Below, in pieces: positions 22,901 to 36,427 of a stretch of 64,000 nucleotides of DNA; within the stretch, counting starts at the first letter, position 1; each line of letters opens with the position of its first letter. The translations under genes and the position numbers were made by a program. Below the pieces are notes generated by a model that did not search any database, had not been told where the DNA came from, and saw nothing but the letters and a program-made list of their open reading frames with translations. This DNA comes from Amoebophrya sp. A120 (taxonomy: Eukaryota; Protista; Dinoflagellata), in the NCBI GenBank assembly GCA_905178155.1, contig CAJINV010000006.1, positions 3,501,402 to 3,565,401 of the forward strand, written 5' to 3'.

Positions 22901-25900
22901 ATCTGTGATGCAAGAGTGCATGATCTAGCCAACTCTCATAGGATCGCGCATGACAAATTCTGGAGTCCCAATCCGCACTACAATCTGGCGAAATTTGTAT
23001 TGCAGAAAGTGGAATGCTGTCCGAGTCTGTCATGTTCATCATGCAAGACAGATCTCAGATTCTATTGTAACGCTTGAGATTGTAACGTTTGAGCAGGTCA
23101 TAACCTTCCCGAGGACTTTTTTGTTCAGAAACGGGTACCAGAAAAGAGTTTTGAGATTCATCTCCAGAAATCTTGTACACCTACTGAAGATATCAAATGC
23201 AAAAATGTCTGGGTCTGGAAGAATGCAAGCTTTGTGATGCAGGTTTTCCATTACCCATGAGGCCTGGAATGCGAGACCCAGCATGACATATTTTTTGAGG
23301 TCTCTATCATGCCTTTCCTGCATGAGAAACTCCCTCTCAACTTGGGCAAAAGCGGACAGCTTTAGGCACTCACGCAACACAGATTTCTGCATCGTTCAGA
23401 TTTAGCACGACAAGTTCTAACCTTCCAGACCCAGACACTTTTACATTTGATAGAAGAACACGATCACGTTGTGGGCCTGCTTCTGGAACAGCTGCTTCCT
23501 CTATCACAAGAAAAAGTTTTTAAGATTAACGGTTTTCTTCACCGATTGCAGTGATGCATCACAAATGTAGCCCAATATGCATGCTATGCATGACAAATTT
23601 TGGCACGTTATTTAGTGATGCATTGCTTTTGCTGCATCACAAATTCCGTTAACGTTAAACACTTTTTCCTGTGATATTCTCTCGAAGGCGCGCTGGGAGA
23701 GGTTGTGAAACTCTTCAATCGCGCCGGAAGCGGAGGAGATGGTGGAAGTGGAGAGGATGGAAACGTGGATGGAGGAGTTGTTGCTGTTTAAACTGCTGTT
23801 CGTGTGGTGGAGGTTTTTATTCGTGGTTCCAAAGTGAATGTGCTTCTTCGGGACCACGACAGGCACAGGCTGCTCGTCCTTGCTCAACATCTCTGGCGCA
23901 GGAGTAGGAGTACCTGGCACTGCCTTCCGCTCTCGCAAAGTTGTACCTGAAAAAGTGGATGTCGTGGCGGCGGCTTCGTCGCTCGTCACATCAACTACCT
24001 CTGCAGATGTTGTTGATGAGACCACTGGCATCAACATCCCTGGTTCATTCGGATTCGCGTTGATGATTTGTATTCTGGGGAGAGAATTGCCGCTGGGAAC
24101 AAGAGAACTGGTCAAGAGGTCGGAGGTTGAGGTGGCGGAGGAGTCGAGGACGACGCTGTCATTCTCTGTAGTCATAGTTCCACCCCCGTTGGACATGATC
24201 AAAGTTGATCCACCACCGAGCGACCTGTCGATCTCTCGCTGGAGCTCCGAGGGAAGATCATCTAGAGGTGGTGCATCCTCTACTACTTCTTTCGCATCTT
24301 CATTCATCGCAGCATCAGAGATGACAGCACCACCACCAGCAGTATGAACTGCAAAAGTATCGTACTAGTAGTAATGGCAATACAAGTTCGCTCAGCATGA
24401 CAAATGGAATTTGTCATGTTGATTTGCCTTGGGAACGAGATCGTTAATGCATGACTTCAATTACTACGAGTACGACACTTTTGCACAGGATAAGCAGTGC
24501 CGCTCTTGGGCGAAGGCGGAACGGCTGCGGTCATCTATCAAATGCAAAAATGTCTGGGTCTGGAAGAATGCAAGTTTGTCATGCTTGTCTGGCATGACTC
24601 GAGAATCTGTGTTGCATAGGCACGACGAAAAGGCCCTCTTACCTGTCATGCCAAAACGCAGTTTGCCATGCGGAATTATACGTAAGACATGGGAGCCACA
24701 AAATTTGTCATGCGTAGCTGCGTACTGTGGTGCGTCTAGTACCATTCACTTTTAGCATTACAAGTTTCCAGACCCAGACATATTTGCAATCCATATCATC
24801 CTTGGTAGTGCCATGGTGGTTCGTCTCATTAGCTCGTCGTCGTCTACTATCGCAAGAAAAAACTGTTTCACTGTGAACTTGTGATGCATAGAATTGAACA
24901 CAGCACTATTTGTCTTGCTACAGCTGCAAGGCGTTGGATTTTTCAGCGTGTTTTCCCTTGGAAGGCGCGCATGGCAAATTTTCTGTGTCATGTGTAGCAA
25001 ATTTGTGCTGCGGATCTTGCAAAACCATCACAGTGCAGCAGTTTTTTCGTGGAATATCTACTTCCTCGTCGCCATTCCCTTCGTGGTCTAGAGAAGCCGA
25101 CGAGCTGGTGCCATTTGTTCCTAATGTAGAGCTACTAGAAGAGCAGGTTGTCCCTTGATTCTGCAACTGCTGCGCCTGGGAGAACCGCACATCGTACTCT
25201 GAAACGAGCTTCCGCATGGTGATTCTAAAATTGCTGTACTCCTCTTCGTAGTATTTCATGAAGCTCACTTCCGCGTTGATGTACGCAATCAGCATCATCC
25301 ACCCGAAGATCACCGTGCGGGAAAGGAAATTCCAGACCCAGAGGTTTCGATAAGCGAAGAGGATAAAGCTGAAATTCCGCCAGTACGCGATATGCATTGC
25401 AAAAGTAACTTACTAGTATAAATTGCATTACAACTTTTGGCAAGAAGAAAAGTGAAATTTGTAATGCTGTTTTACCTTAGGAGGAAGGTTTGCCATGCAG
25501 ATTTGCAATTACTACGAGTACGATACTTTTGCGCAGCATACGCGAAGGATAACAGCGAGAAGTTCGTCGGGTTGATCTGGGAGGATCCCGTTCCGGATTT
25601 CTATCGTAAGGAAAAACCCCCCCTCCCCATATCAAAACGAAGTTTCTGACTCTGGATTTCCGTACAAAAATCGGCGCTGTCTTGCAGTACAGGATTGGAG
25701 GCAGATGCCGCGCCTGAGTGCAGAGCTTCTGACGTGGACGCTTAACATCACAAACGTCTATGCAGTAGCCCAAGCAGCATCACAAACCGTCCGCATAATG
25801 CGGCGGACACTGTAGAGATAGAGTTGCCTTCTTGCATAGACAAATATGATTTGTGACCTCAAATCAGCAACACAGATTTTCGGTGACATACCTTTTCAAT

Positions 25901-27663
25901 ATGAGGAGGGGGGATTTTTCCTTTCAATAATTTCTCCGCCGCAGCTAACGCAGAATTCGCCCAGAGATTCATGACGCCGATGATCAAGCACCATATGGTC
26001 GTGATCTCCGCGTACAGAGAAACCCAGATGTTCCACTGATTCCTTTTCGTCCCATCGGGAGAGGCTGAAAAGAGGTGTAAAATACACCCGATGGTGATCA
26101 GCATGCTTGTCAGCGGCCCGAACCAGCAGTAGCTCGCGATGAAGATCAAAATGAGGGAAAACGTATGCATTGCAAAAGCATCGCACTCGTATAAATGCAT
26201 TGCAAATTTCCTTAGCATGAGAAATAAAATTTGTAATGCTGATTTACCTTAAGAAAACGATTTGTAATGCATGATCGCAATACGAATACGATACTTTTGC
26301 ACAGGATAAAACAAGTGGTAGACCCACGCGAACCAGTTTAACCCACGGTATTCGTCGATCTCCTGTATGATCGTGATTTTTGCGTTCAAGGGGATGCCCT
26401 TCTCCGCCTGGATCGCGATGTTCATTCCTAAAGCGGTTTTCCGCTGCATGCGGCTGATTCGGAGATGGTTGTACTGAGCTTGCTGGGACGACCGAGCAGC
26501 TGCTCCTGGTGCGATAACAACTCCAGGAACACCACCACGCGTGGGAGAATTGTTTGGACGATTTGATGCTTGTCGGGAATCAGATTGCACACTCAAGTTC
26601 GACTGCACAGACGTCGTCGACATCGTGCTGTCTTGGGTTTGGAGTATCCTCTGCTTACTGTTCGTCCTCGTCGTGCTAGTAGACCCGAAGTTTGTCATGC
26701 TACTCCCGATGCTACTTGTGGTTCCAGCATTGTTCAGGTTGATCATCCTGCTACCGGAACTACCTGTGATCATCCCCGTGCTGGAAGAGGAGCCACCGCC
26801 ACCACCTATTATCCCCTTGCTTTTCGCCAGGAAAAGCGGGGATTTGTTGCCACTGCTACTTGCACCAGCTCCAGCTCGAGCGGGACTACCCGGATCCACG
26901 TAGCCCCTCTCATTCAGCATCGCCGTCGCGGTGCGTTTCTTCAGATTTTGGTGATGCTGCTGCTGCTGCTGCGCGGGGCTTTTGCTCGGGGAACTTGGAG
27001 TAGCTTGTTGCGCCGAAAAATTGCAGCTCATCTCGGATGAAAATTGCACCGCGGACAAGGCGGTGTTCGGGTGGTGATGGTGTAATACTGCCTCGCCTCT
27101 TGGGGAAACGACTCCTTGTTGTAGAAGTCCTCCGCCTCGTGCCAAGGCTGTAGATGACCCCGGCACGACCGCACCCCGATTGCTGTACTTATTTTCCTGT
27201 ATCGCCTCTTTCGTTTCCTTCGTGCCTGTCCTACTCCCTGCCGCGCTGGACGAGGCTGATGGTCCGGAGTTGCTTTCGTTTGGTTCACCGTGCTGTTCTA
27301 TCAAATGCAAAGTGTCTGGGTCATCTGGAAGAATGCGCGACTTGTCATGCAGCTTTTCCATGACCCATGAGGTCTGGAATGCAGGACCTAGCATGACAGA
27401 TTCTGCGCGATCTCTCTCATGCCTATCCTGCATGAGAAACTCCCTCCCGACTTGGTCAAATCTGGACGACTTTTGGTAATCATGCAGCACAGATTTTTGC
27501 ATGCTTCGGATTTAGCATGACAAGTTGCATTCTTCCAGACCCAGACATTTTTGCATTTGATATGTTCGAAATTTCGGTTGTCATGATTCTCGTCCTCTTC
27601 CGTCTGATCGGTCAAAGCGCTCTCCTTGCTGGAGGTCAGGCTCTTGTCGTGGTCGTCGAACAT
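13929..27663 (-). CDS. Large multi-pass membrane protein of unknown function with S/T-rich disordered regions; in-frame TAA at 14430-14432
   Basis: ATG at 27663 (MFDDHDK). Hydrophobic exons at 25930-26163, 25200-25390, 22440-22650 and 16063-16347 rejoin in frame across introners and across the 5.15-kb insertion. Confidence 0.65.
17200..17990 (-). pseudogene. Decayed coding remnant, copy A (inverted paralogue of 19750-20540)
   Basis: Reverse complement aligns to 19750-20540; MPCGLAVFWKAWHFFAKFSEPLSESYPWRYGADP versus MPHGMAAGWGKWQTLGNLPKRLPESQPRCYRADP. Confidence 0.5.
18131..18166. repeat. Degenerate copy of the 36-bp palindrome (20-bp perfect core at 18139-18158)
   Basis: GCGGTCCGACGTCGGACCGC core. 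Confidence 0.85.
19093..19299. repeat. 40-bp inverted repeat (1 mismatch) built from short CCGAAAA(C/G)T units at the centre of the 5.15-kb element
   Basis: 19093-19132 TGCCGAGAACTTGCCGAAAACTTTCCCCCGAACTTTCCCG pairs with 19260-19299. Confidence 0.88.
19750..20540 (+). pseudogene. Decayed coding remnant, copy B
   Basis: Aligns in inverted orientation to 17200-17990; transversions between the copies fall mostly at third codon positions of one frame. Confidence 0.5.
20835..20870. repeat. Perfect 36-bp palindrome
   Basis: CATACCATGCGGTCCGACGTCGGACCGCATGGTATG is its own reverse complement. Confidence 0.95.
22851..23102. mobile_element. Introner family 5 (about 250-260 bp)
   Basis: TATAACCCGCTCAGGTGTTACAATCTCAAACG...GATTGTAACGTTTGAGCAGGTCATA, TSD ACCTT; others near 9146, 50047 and 62866, plus a divergent copy near 30291. 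Confidence 0.9.
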
Positions 27664-28860
27664 GATAGGCGTTTAAAAATAGTTTGGCTAATATTAAAAT
27701 TCTGTACAAGGCGAAGTAGCTGTAGCTTCCTTTAGCCGACTATCAAAAAGTCTGTCTTCCCGGAGGAGCAAGAACGTCAATCGACATAGTTATAGGTCTC
27801 GTGTGCAGGTAGAAGAATCGATGTAATATACTCACATCACAAGAACCCGCCCAACAGCACCAAATGCATGACGAGCGTCATGCTTCATGATGTCGTAGTC
27901 TGCGATTGTAAACAAAGACTGAATATAGTGCTTGCGTGAAAATAAGAAAGGATTCGTCTGGGTAGAATCTGCCGTGGCTCAAGAAAACAAGCGTTATTTG
28001 ACATAGCGATAACTTTTGTTCGGCACCAGCAGGGGTTTTCAAAAATTATAGATATAGTTATACTCAAAATTTTCAGATCGTCATTTTCCCGTTGGTTGCG
28101 CGGTCAAAATATTGGGAGTACTACTTAATTTCAGACCCAGCTCGTCCAGCAGCAGCAGCACTGGCACTGCTAGTCCGTGCTATCTCATGATCCACAGTAG
28201 ACCTTCAAAAAGTAAGAGCCACACACTCGATCGCGGGAGGCCTGTTGCCAACAAGAACCTCACGTCAACACATCTGACAGAAATAAAACGAGTCAAGCAA
28301 AACTTTAGCAGACAGGGTACTATGAGAGAATGAAGCGAGTAGAACGGAGAAAAACTTGTTTGAATACACGACAAGCAAACTGGATTTGTTCACCGGGACT
28401 CATGGGGCAAACATCATGGGTCAAAAATTTCAATGGGGTCCTGTTGGAATGACAAAGTCGTCCCAGGAGGTTGTTCTTCTTGTTGTATTTACAGTGATAA
28501 TTTTCTTTGACATTCATCAGAAACAAAGCTCCAGATTGTAGTTTCGCGCGAAGTCTGTGTGGCGGTATCCTCCATCTCGTGTCGCGGTCACCCGCTGAAG
28601 ATAAAAACAGGTTGCAGTTCAAGAACCGATAATCTAGGTTTACGTTTTTGAAACAAAAAAGCCGACATTGTCTTCGTTCACTTGTTTCCACCGAGAAGTA
28701 AAGAAAACAACCGATTAGGTCGATATTATATTTTTCAAACCTATATATTCTCAAACACGACCGAAACTTCATCTTCAAATAGTAGGACCACTAGTACACT
28801 AGGAGTCGGCACCAGCAAAACAAAACTGAATTTCGTCGGATGTCTAAATATTTATACTCG

Positions 28861-31800
28861 CTATAGTTGAGACGGAATCCCCGGAATGTCAAAGTTTCGC
28901 ACCCGCATATCATCCGCGGCGATATCAGACTATGCATTGCAAAAGTATCGCACTCGTATAAATGCATTACAAATTTCCTCAGCATGAGAAATAAGATTTG
29001 TAATGCTGATTTGCCTTAACAAAAAGACTTGTAATGCACGACTACAATACGAGTGCGATACTTTTGCACAGGATACAGACTCGTAGCTGTAATTCGTTTC
29101 CAACAGCGGAAACGGGTACTGATTGAACCTGATCTTTATCAAAGAAAAAAAGTTCGTCACGATCACTCATGCGCATTCTTGCAATACAAAATTGTTTATC
29201 ATGCGTAAAAATGCGTCACAGCCAAACTTTATTAGGGATTTCCCTAGTGTTTCTGCAATACAAGGAAAGTTTGTGATGCTGAGAAAATTTGTAATGCAAA
29301 ACCTGCAAGTTAGTGACTGTGACAAACTTTTTTCTCTCCATAATCTTCCCCACCGTGGTAATATGCACTGCAAAAGTATCGTACTCGTCGTACTAAATAG
29401 CAGCCATCCATTACAAATCTACTAATCAAGTGCAATCCGCATTACAAATTACATTTGTAATGCTGAGCCAATTTGTAATGCAATTTATACTAGTACGATA
29501 AATTTCCAGTTCATAGGTAATATCCGGATGCGACTTCGAGCCCAAGTTCGTTACCGTTAAGGTCCACGCCTGCGCCGTCGTGTTCGCGACATGATTATCA
29601 ACTGCAAATATGCCTGGGACTGGGAGAATGCGAGATCTGTCATGCAGGTTTTACCTGCCCCAGACCGTCTGGCATGCGAGCTCTAGCATCACAGATTTAG
29701 ATTTTGTTGAGCAGCTACCCCAATGCCTTCTAATCAGCATGACAAATCCCCTCTCTCGGAAACAAGAAGCGGGGCCTTTTGCTGGCCATGCATGACAGAT
29801 GTTGTCATGCTGTAGACCTCGCATCACAAATTCGAATCCTTCCAGACCCAGGCATATTTGCATTTGATAATGATTCGTAGTCGCCCCCGCACCGTTGGTC
29901 GAGGACAGAGAGCCGCTGGAATATGCCGTTGAAAAGCATCGCACTCGTACAAATCGGTATTGCAAAATCATGCAACACAAATCTCATTCGAATAGGTGAA
30001 TCTGCATCACAAATTTCTTTTCTCATGCTAGAGAAGTTTGTCATGCGATTTTTACACGTCTATGTCTACGACGCTTTTCTTGTAGCGGATATGGAAACCC
30101 CGCCGCCGATGTCGCACCAATCCGGCACGAAAAAGGGGTGCTTCCCGGTCAGGGGTTCGGCGTCGTGGCGGAGAAAAGTGCTGTTCCCCAAATCGTAAAC
30201 CGCGTCCCACTTGATTTCTCCCGTCAAGTCGTTTTGCAGAGTGACTTTGATCTCGCCCAACGGGATTCCAAACCTGATCTGGGGGTGGTGTATGGAACTC
30301 TACTCAGTTGTTACACTCTCAAATGTTTGCATGAATTTGTAATGCAAGAATAGCAAATAAAGTCAAAGGGAGAGCAGGGTTGCGCCTCTAGCATTACAAA
30401 CTCCACACAGATTTAGATGCTGTTTAGCCCTTGATGGGGTGGAATTTGTCATGCAAAACGCAAAACGGCTTGATCCTGGGGTTGCTATATGGTAATTTTG
30501 CATCACAACCTCATGCAACAGTTGAGAATGTAACGTTTGAGCACGCCATATGGTGCCACCAGAACTTTTGCTGGAAATCGTCTCCAGCATGGCAGTATGC
30601 ATTGCAAAAGTATCGTACTAGTACAACTTGCATCACAAATTTTTTCAAGAAGAAAAAATGGAACTTGTAATGCTATATTTGTGATGCATGTTAGCAATTG
30701 CTACGAGTACGATACTTTTGCACAGGATAGGCAGCCGAAGCGCCCGTTGAGGTTGAACAAGTCGGTGAACTGGATTAACGGAGAGCGATCCATAATCATG
30801 AACTTCTGGCCCTGGTCTAAAGCGAAGTTGTGGTGCTTGATCCAGTATCAAATGCAAAAGTGTCTGGGCTTCCTGGAAGTCATGCAGATTTTGCATGACC
30901 TATGAGGTCTGTGATGCATGCCCTAGCATCCGAGATTCTCTGAGGGCTTTCTAATGCTCATACCGCATGAGAAATCAATGTTTTGCTTCTCCGCGTAGCA
31001 CAAATTGCATCTCCTTTGCTGTTCATGCAATACAGATTTCATGTAGATTCCAAAGGTAGCATCACAAGTTGCAATCAGCCAGACCCAGACATATTTGCAA
31101 TGCATATCCAGTGTCGGGGGTTTTGAATCGGAGGGAAGAAGGACTCAATCTTTTCCGGCGTCATATCCACAGTAAATTTCCCGTACACGTACAAAATGCA
31201 TGACAAATTCCGCTAACTTGCAGTGTACAACTTGTCATGCTGGACTAGGATCGAAGGCAAGTTTTGTCATGCAGAGACTGCATTTGTACGTGTACGGGAA
31301 ATTTACTGTGGATACGTCATCTGCTCCTTCACCATGGTCGCCATCGCAGCAGAGGTCGTTGGGCCCATAATCGACCCCGCAACGTTCGTATGCATTACAA
31401 AAGTATCGCACTAATCAAAAATGCATCACAAATTTTTTCCAAGGAAAAAATGGAATTTGTAATGCTGATTTACCTAAAAAGGGACATTTGTCATGCATGA
31501 TAGCAACAATTGGTACGAGTACTACGATACTTTTGCACATGATACTTCGCGCCCTGTTTTATGAAGTTCAGTGGCCCTTTCAACACCTTCGCCACCACGG
31601 TGCCGAGCGCTAAATTCGCGCGCAAGGCGGTGCCGAGAATTTCGGCGAGAAAGGTATGAGACTACACAACCCCCCCTCCCCCTCATTTGTAATGTATAAT
31701 ACAAAATCCAAACTGTGCTTCTTGGCACTGTTTGCATGACAAACTCCGGAAGCCTAAACAGCACGACACTCCTGTGGAAATTTGTCGTACAAAACCGGCA

Positions 31801-32683
31801 TTCTTGCTGACCCTTGTATTGCCGTTCATGCTATACAAATGAGGGGGAGGGGGAGTTGTGCACTCTCATAAAAAGGCATGGCATTGGTGAAGCTGGACAG
31901 CATTCCGCCGACGTCAAAGAATTGGGTGGCTTGTAAAAGCTCCTTCTGCTCTTTCGTGAGGTTTTTCCGGTCTTTCGGGAGGGTGGACAGGTGGAAAAGG
32001 AGGTTTTTATTTTGCAGGTTCTTTGTCGTGCTGCTGCTGCTGTTGTCGTCGTCAGGATTGGCAGCTTCTGGTGCTGCTGCGCTTTTACCAATGGTAGGAG
32101 ATATTGATGAAGATGATCTTGAGGCGCCAGCACGATCAGGCATCATGTTTTTGTGCTGCGTCTTCAATCTTTTCACACTCGGATGCGCGAACAACGTGTT
32201 CGGGTCCAGTTTACTGTGATGGGACGTCTTGATGGTGATGGAGGTCGAGGCAATAGTGCTCCCGCGATTCGCTGGTGCGTTGTGGTCGTTTTGCGGCGTC
32301 CTCTCCGAAGGGGCAGTGACGAAACTAGAGGCCGCAGCGCCAGCATCGGTAGTTGTTTTCTCTTGTACTTGTTTTACAGCATGAGCAGGCATTTTCGTGC
32401 GTGGTTGTGAGGAGCCAATTGCAGCATGATGGGAAGCACTAGGAGGTTCCGTCGTCGCTGAGAGGTCCTCTGGGAGAAGCAAAGCCTTGTCCTTGAATGA
32501 TGTGGCGATTTTCCGCGGCAGCTGATCCCGAACAGAGAACTGGAACTCTAGTAAAACCTGATGGCTGGTGACGCTGGTTGCCGTACTCCTGTTCTGCTTG
32601 CTTCTCGAAAAAGAAACTTCTGGGTCCATCTCCAGATGCTGGTCTCTGAACATCAGATGAAAGCGCTCGGCAAGAAAACCCAT
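28861..32683 (-). CDS. Hypothetical protein, about 10 exons
   Basis: ATG at 32683 (MGFLAERFHL). Exons such as FLAEILGTALRANLALGTVVAKVLKG and GEIKVTLQNDLTGEIKWDAVYDLGNSTF are separated by introners; ends ...FDIPGIPSQL*. No family recognised. Confidence 0.6.
28931..29075. mobile_element. Introner family 2 (about 135-185 bp, most abundant, about 35 copies), representative copy
   Basis: TATGCATTGCAAAAGTATCGCACTCGTA...TACGAGTGCGATACTTTTGCACAGGATA, TSD CAGAC; others near 4803, 6117, 8507, 9766, 14897, 15261, 22280, 24343, 26164, 30596, 36214, 39316, 39811, 41907, 42392, 49076, 50372, 51142, 51972 and 52394. Confidence 0.93.
31164..31314. mobile_element. Introner family 6 (about 150-160 bp)
   Basis: TIR TATCCACAGTAAATTTCCCGTACAC, TSD CGTCA; others near 4117, 12287 and 39092. 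Confidence 0.92.
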
Positions 32684-33441
32684 GTTGGCTTGATGTTTTT
32701 CTTTGGTGTAGTTGAGAAGCTTTAGTTGTTGAAGAAAATTATATACGGAAAGCTGCACAAAAGACGAATTCAATTGGCCAACAGGAGGTACGTAGATTGA
32801 AATTGAAAAAGCACCATCGCGAGGACAACAACATAGATGAAGACGGTCGATAGAATTGCACTTCTTGCCCTCTCTGTGCGATCGACGTGAGGTCCTGTCT
32901 CTCATCTCTTGTTCGACAAATCAAACCTAACAAGTCCCTGACACAACGAATTATTCGAGGTCGCGACAACTTCTGGGCCTCGTCCAGAAAAGAACATGAG
33001 CATGACGAGGACTCGTCCAGAAAAGAACAGCGCAGTCACTGCGCTGCCTACTTTCAGTCCCAAGCCAAGGTGCCGGTGCCCCCTTGGCGGCTTGCACGAC
33101 TTTTGCAGTGCCTGATTATCGCGAAGTTGCTTATCAATCTCAATTTACAACGAGCGTGCGCCTGCCCGCCACAGACGGGCTGCATCCTCGGTAGGACTAG
33201 AACAAGATTGCTTTGCGTTTAAGTCGATGTAAAAGTACAAGACGGCCATCTTGCGCGTTGAATGATGATGAAAGAAGGCTGTTTAATATGCCCAGCACCA
33301 CCGTGCTCGTTCTGCCCTTCTCAAAGCAAGTTCAAGAGACTTCTATGTTATTTTCGAAAGCGCTAACGCGGGCAACATCCTCCACATCCCTCATAACCGG
33401 GTCGCAGAAGCAATGCTCCGGTTCCGCTCCCGCAGTTTTTG

Positions 33442-36427
33442 TCACCTCACGTTTGTTCTAGGAAGATGTTGGTCTTGGTGTTCTTGTATCAAATGTAAAA
33501 GTGTCTGGGTCTGGGAACTTGTGATGCTGGGTGGCGCCTCATGATGAGGCTACAAATGCTGGCTCAGCATGACTTGACAAGTTTCTGAGCTCCTAGGTGT
33601 TGCCTATTCTGCATGACAGGCTGCGCTTCTGCATCACAGAAAAGCGGAGCTCTTGGGTAACGTGCATGACAGTTTTAAGAGTCAGGCCAGACAAGCATGG
33701 CAAATCTTGCATTCTTCCAGACCCAGACATTTTTGCATTTGATATCTTGTCGACCGTGCTGCTCCTGCCTTCTGCAACTGCTCGTATTTGACTGAGTACA
33801 AGGAAGTATTTGTTTTTGCGAACAACGGCGGTAAGATCTACTAGCCGAAAGTAGAAGACGAGTCGGACACTATATCCTCCCGGGCGAAGAAGTACTGCCA
33901 CCACCGCCGCCGATTGGCGAAGAAAGTATTGGTCTCCCCTCCGCATTATCAAATGCAAATATGCCTGGGTCTGGAAAATTGTGATGCAAGTCTCTGAAAA
34001 ATGGTGGGCGCACTACAATATGCAGCCAAGCATGACAAGTTTTTGCACTGCCATGTGTTTCGTTTTTCGCATGACAAGCTGCGTTTTTGCATGACAGGCA
34101 CCAAGCGCAGGCCCCGATCCTGCTTATGCATCACAGATCTAAGAGTCATTCCAGACAAGCATGACAAGTCCTACATTCATCTTCAAGCCCCAGACATTTT
34201 TGCAATGCGTACGCATCTCTTTCCCCCGCATCAGAATCCGCCGCTCCGGTTTTCGAGTTTAAACTTCCCGTTTCATCTTGATCTGCGTCCCCGTATATCC
34301 TCTCCCCCGCGTAGTAATATCGAAAGGAAAAATCCCGTCTCCCCATATCAAAACGAAGGCTCTGATGCTGGATCTGCGTACACAAGTCAAATCTGTCTTG
34401 CCCTGGAGAGGAAGGCAGGCCCATACGGAGCTTAGCGAGAGAGGATGTGGGCTAGGTACTAACTTGGCATGAAAAAAACGTCTGTGCTGTAGCCCCAACA
34501 GCATCACAAGCCGCGTGAGCAATGCGGCGGAGCTGCTTGTGGAGTTGCCGTCTTGCAAAACAGATGCGATTTGTGGCCACAAGTCAGCAACATAAATTTT
34601 CAGAAGCGTGCCTTGTCGATCGTATGGAGACGGGAGATTTTTCCTCACAATAAGTAGAACGCGCCCATCACAGCTGCGTACATGCCAATGAAGAGGAACG
34701 AAAACAGCACCTCGGAGTAGTGACCGGAGTCCGGGTGGACTTGTGAGCCCGTCCAGAGCGACATGACCGCCGCGATGATAAACTGGGGCTGTTTCAGCGC
34801 AAACATGACCTGTGCGAGGATACCGTGCCACTTCACCACCCCTCGTTTTGGCAAGGACGTGTACTTGAGAACCCCACCGGCATCAAGTGCAAATGTGTCT
34901 GGGTCTGGAAGGATGCAACTTGTCATGCTAAGTCTGGGTAGTGCAATTATTTGTGTTGCGTGATTACCAAGAAGTGTCCACTTCTGAACAAGCTTAGCGG
35001 CAGTGTCTCATGCAGGATAGACATGATGGAGAGTTCGCAGAACCTGTCGTGCTAGGTCCTGCATTGCAGACCTCATGGGGCATGGAAAATATGCATGGCA
35101 AGTCTGCATTCTTCCAGACCCAGACATTTTTGCATTTGATAACCGGCGATCTGGATCAACCAGCAGATTAGCAGGGAATAACCCAGGTAGACGTGGACCT
35201 GATAGTAAACAAACACAAAGGTAGTTTTTGATGAATTTGTTGAAATCATCTTTGGATTCATTTTTGTGGCAAAGAGATGAAACCATCATGGCTGTCTTAC
35301 TGCAGTAAGGAGTTCGCTCAACATGATGAGAAAATCCAAAATGGTTGCACGTTCTGCAACACGAACACAGTAGACGCAGCTCTACTATACCTGATGCCAC
35401 CACGGTGAGTCTTTTGCGAAGTGGCTGGCCCTATCAACTGTAAAAATGTCTGGGTCTGGAAGAATACGCGATTTGTAATGCAGGTTTTCCATGCCCCATG
35501 AGGTCTGGAATGCAGGGCCTAGCATGACAGATTCTGCGAGAGCTCTATCATGCCTATCCTGCATGAGAAACTCCTTTTCACCTTGGTCAAAAATGCACGG
35601 CTTTTGGTACTCATGCAACACAGATTGTTGCATGATCCAGATTTAGCATGACAAACATGCATTCTTCCAGACCCAGACATTTTTACATTTGATAGGCCCC
35701 TTTCTCCGCGTGCTGTAGGTACATGAACAACCATCCGAGAAATATCCCGAGCAAAAACGTCCCCACCCCAGAGTCAAGATCGGGACCCCGCAACACAAAT
35801 CGAGAAGTTTTGGCAGTCAAGCATGAGAAGTTCGTCTCTGTATTGTAGTGCAGGTTAGCAACGACAGCCGCAACGCAAATCCATCTACTCATCCTGTTTA
35901 GAGCATTACAAAGTCCAAAACACGATTGGAAACGCCTCTCATGGGGATGCGCATTACAAATCTTCCTGTGACTGGAAATCTGCATGACAACTCTGGGGTG
36001 GGTACGTTTTTACTCAGGATAAGAAAGAAAAACAGCCCGGCCAAGCTCATCAGTATCACGTGATTCCTGGACTCGTTCCCCTGCTCCAGTATTCCGAGGC
36101 CCATCAAACCTAACCCGATGGAGTTGCAGACAGGATGCAGCATAAATTTCCACACATTGCTGTACTTCTGAATAGCCACGGCGGAGACGGCGAGGGCAAC
36201 GGAGATGGCGAGATATGCAAGGCAAAAGCATCGACATCGTACTAGTATAAATCGCATGACAAATTTGCTCAGCATGAGATATGAAATTTGTCATGCTGTT
36301 TTACCTTGGAAAGGAGATTTGTAATGCATGACTGCAATTACTACAACGAGTACGATACTTTTGCACTGGATACGAGAGTCCCGCCTGCCATGTACCAGCG
36401 GGAGGTACGGGGAATCTTCACCGGCAT
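33442..36427 (-). CDS. Cytochrome b561 / ferric reductase-like transmembrane protein
   Basis: Spliced helices carry the expected heme-ligand His pattern: FMLHPVCNSIG, RNHVILMSLA, SHFAKDSPWWHQVHVYLGY, KWHGILA. Confidence 0.75.
36214..36372. mobile_element. Introner family 2 copy
   Basis: TAT...ATA ends, perfect TSD CGAGA. Confidence 0.9.

Noticed and set aside
27971-27983. GCCGTGGCTCAAG as a relic dinoflagellate spliced leader
   Set aside because: Only the last 9 nt match and it is on the opposite strand to the neighbouring genes; likely chance
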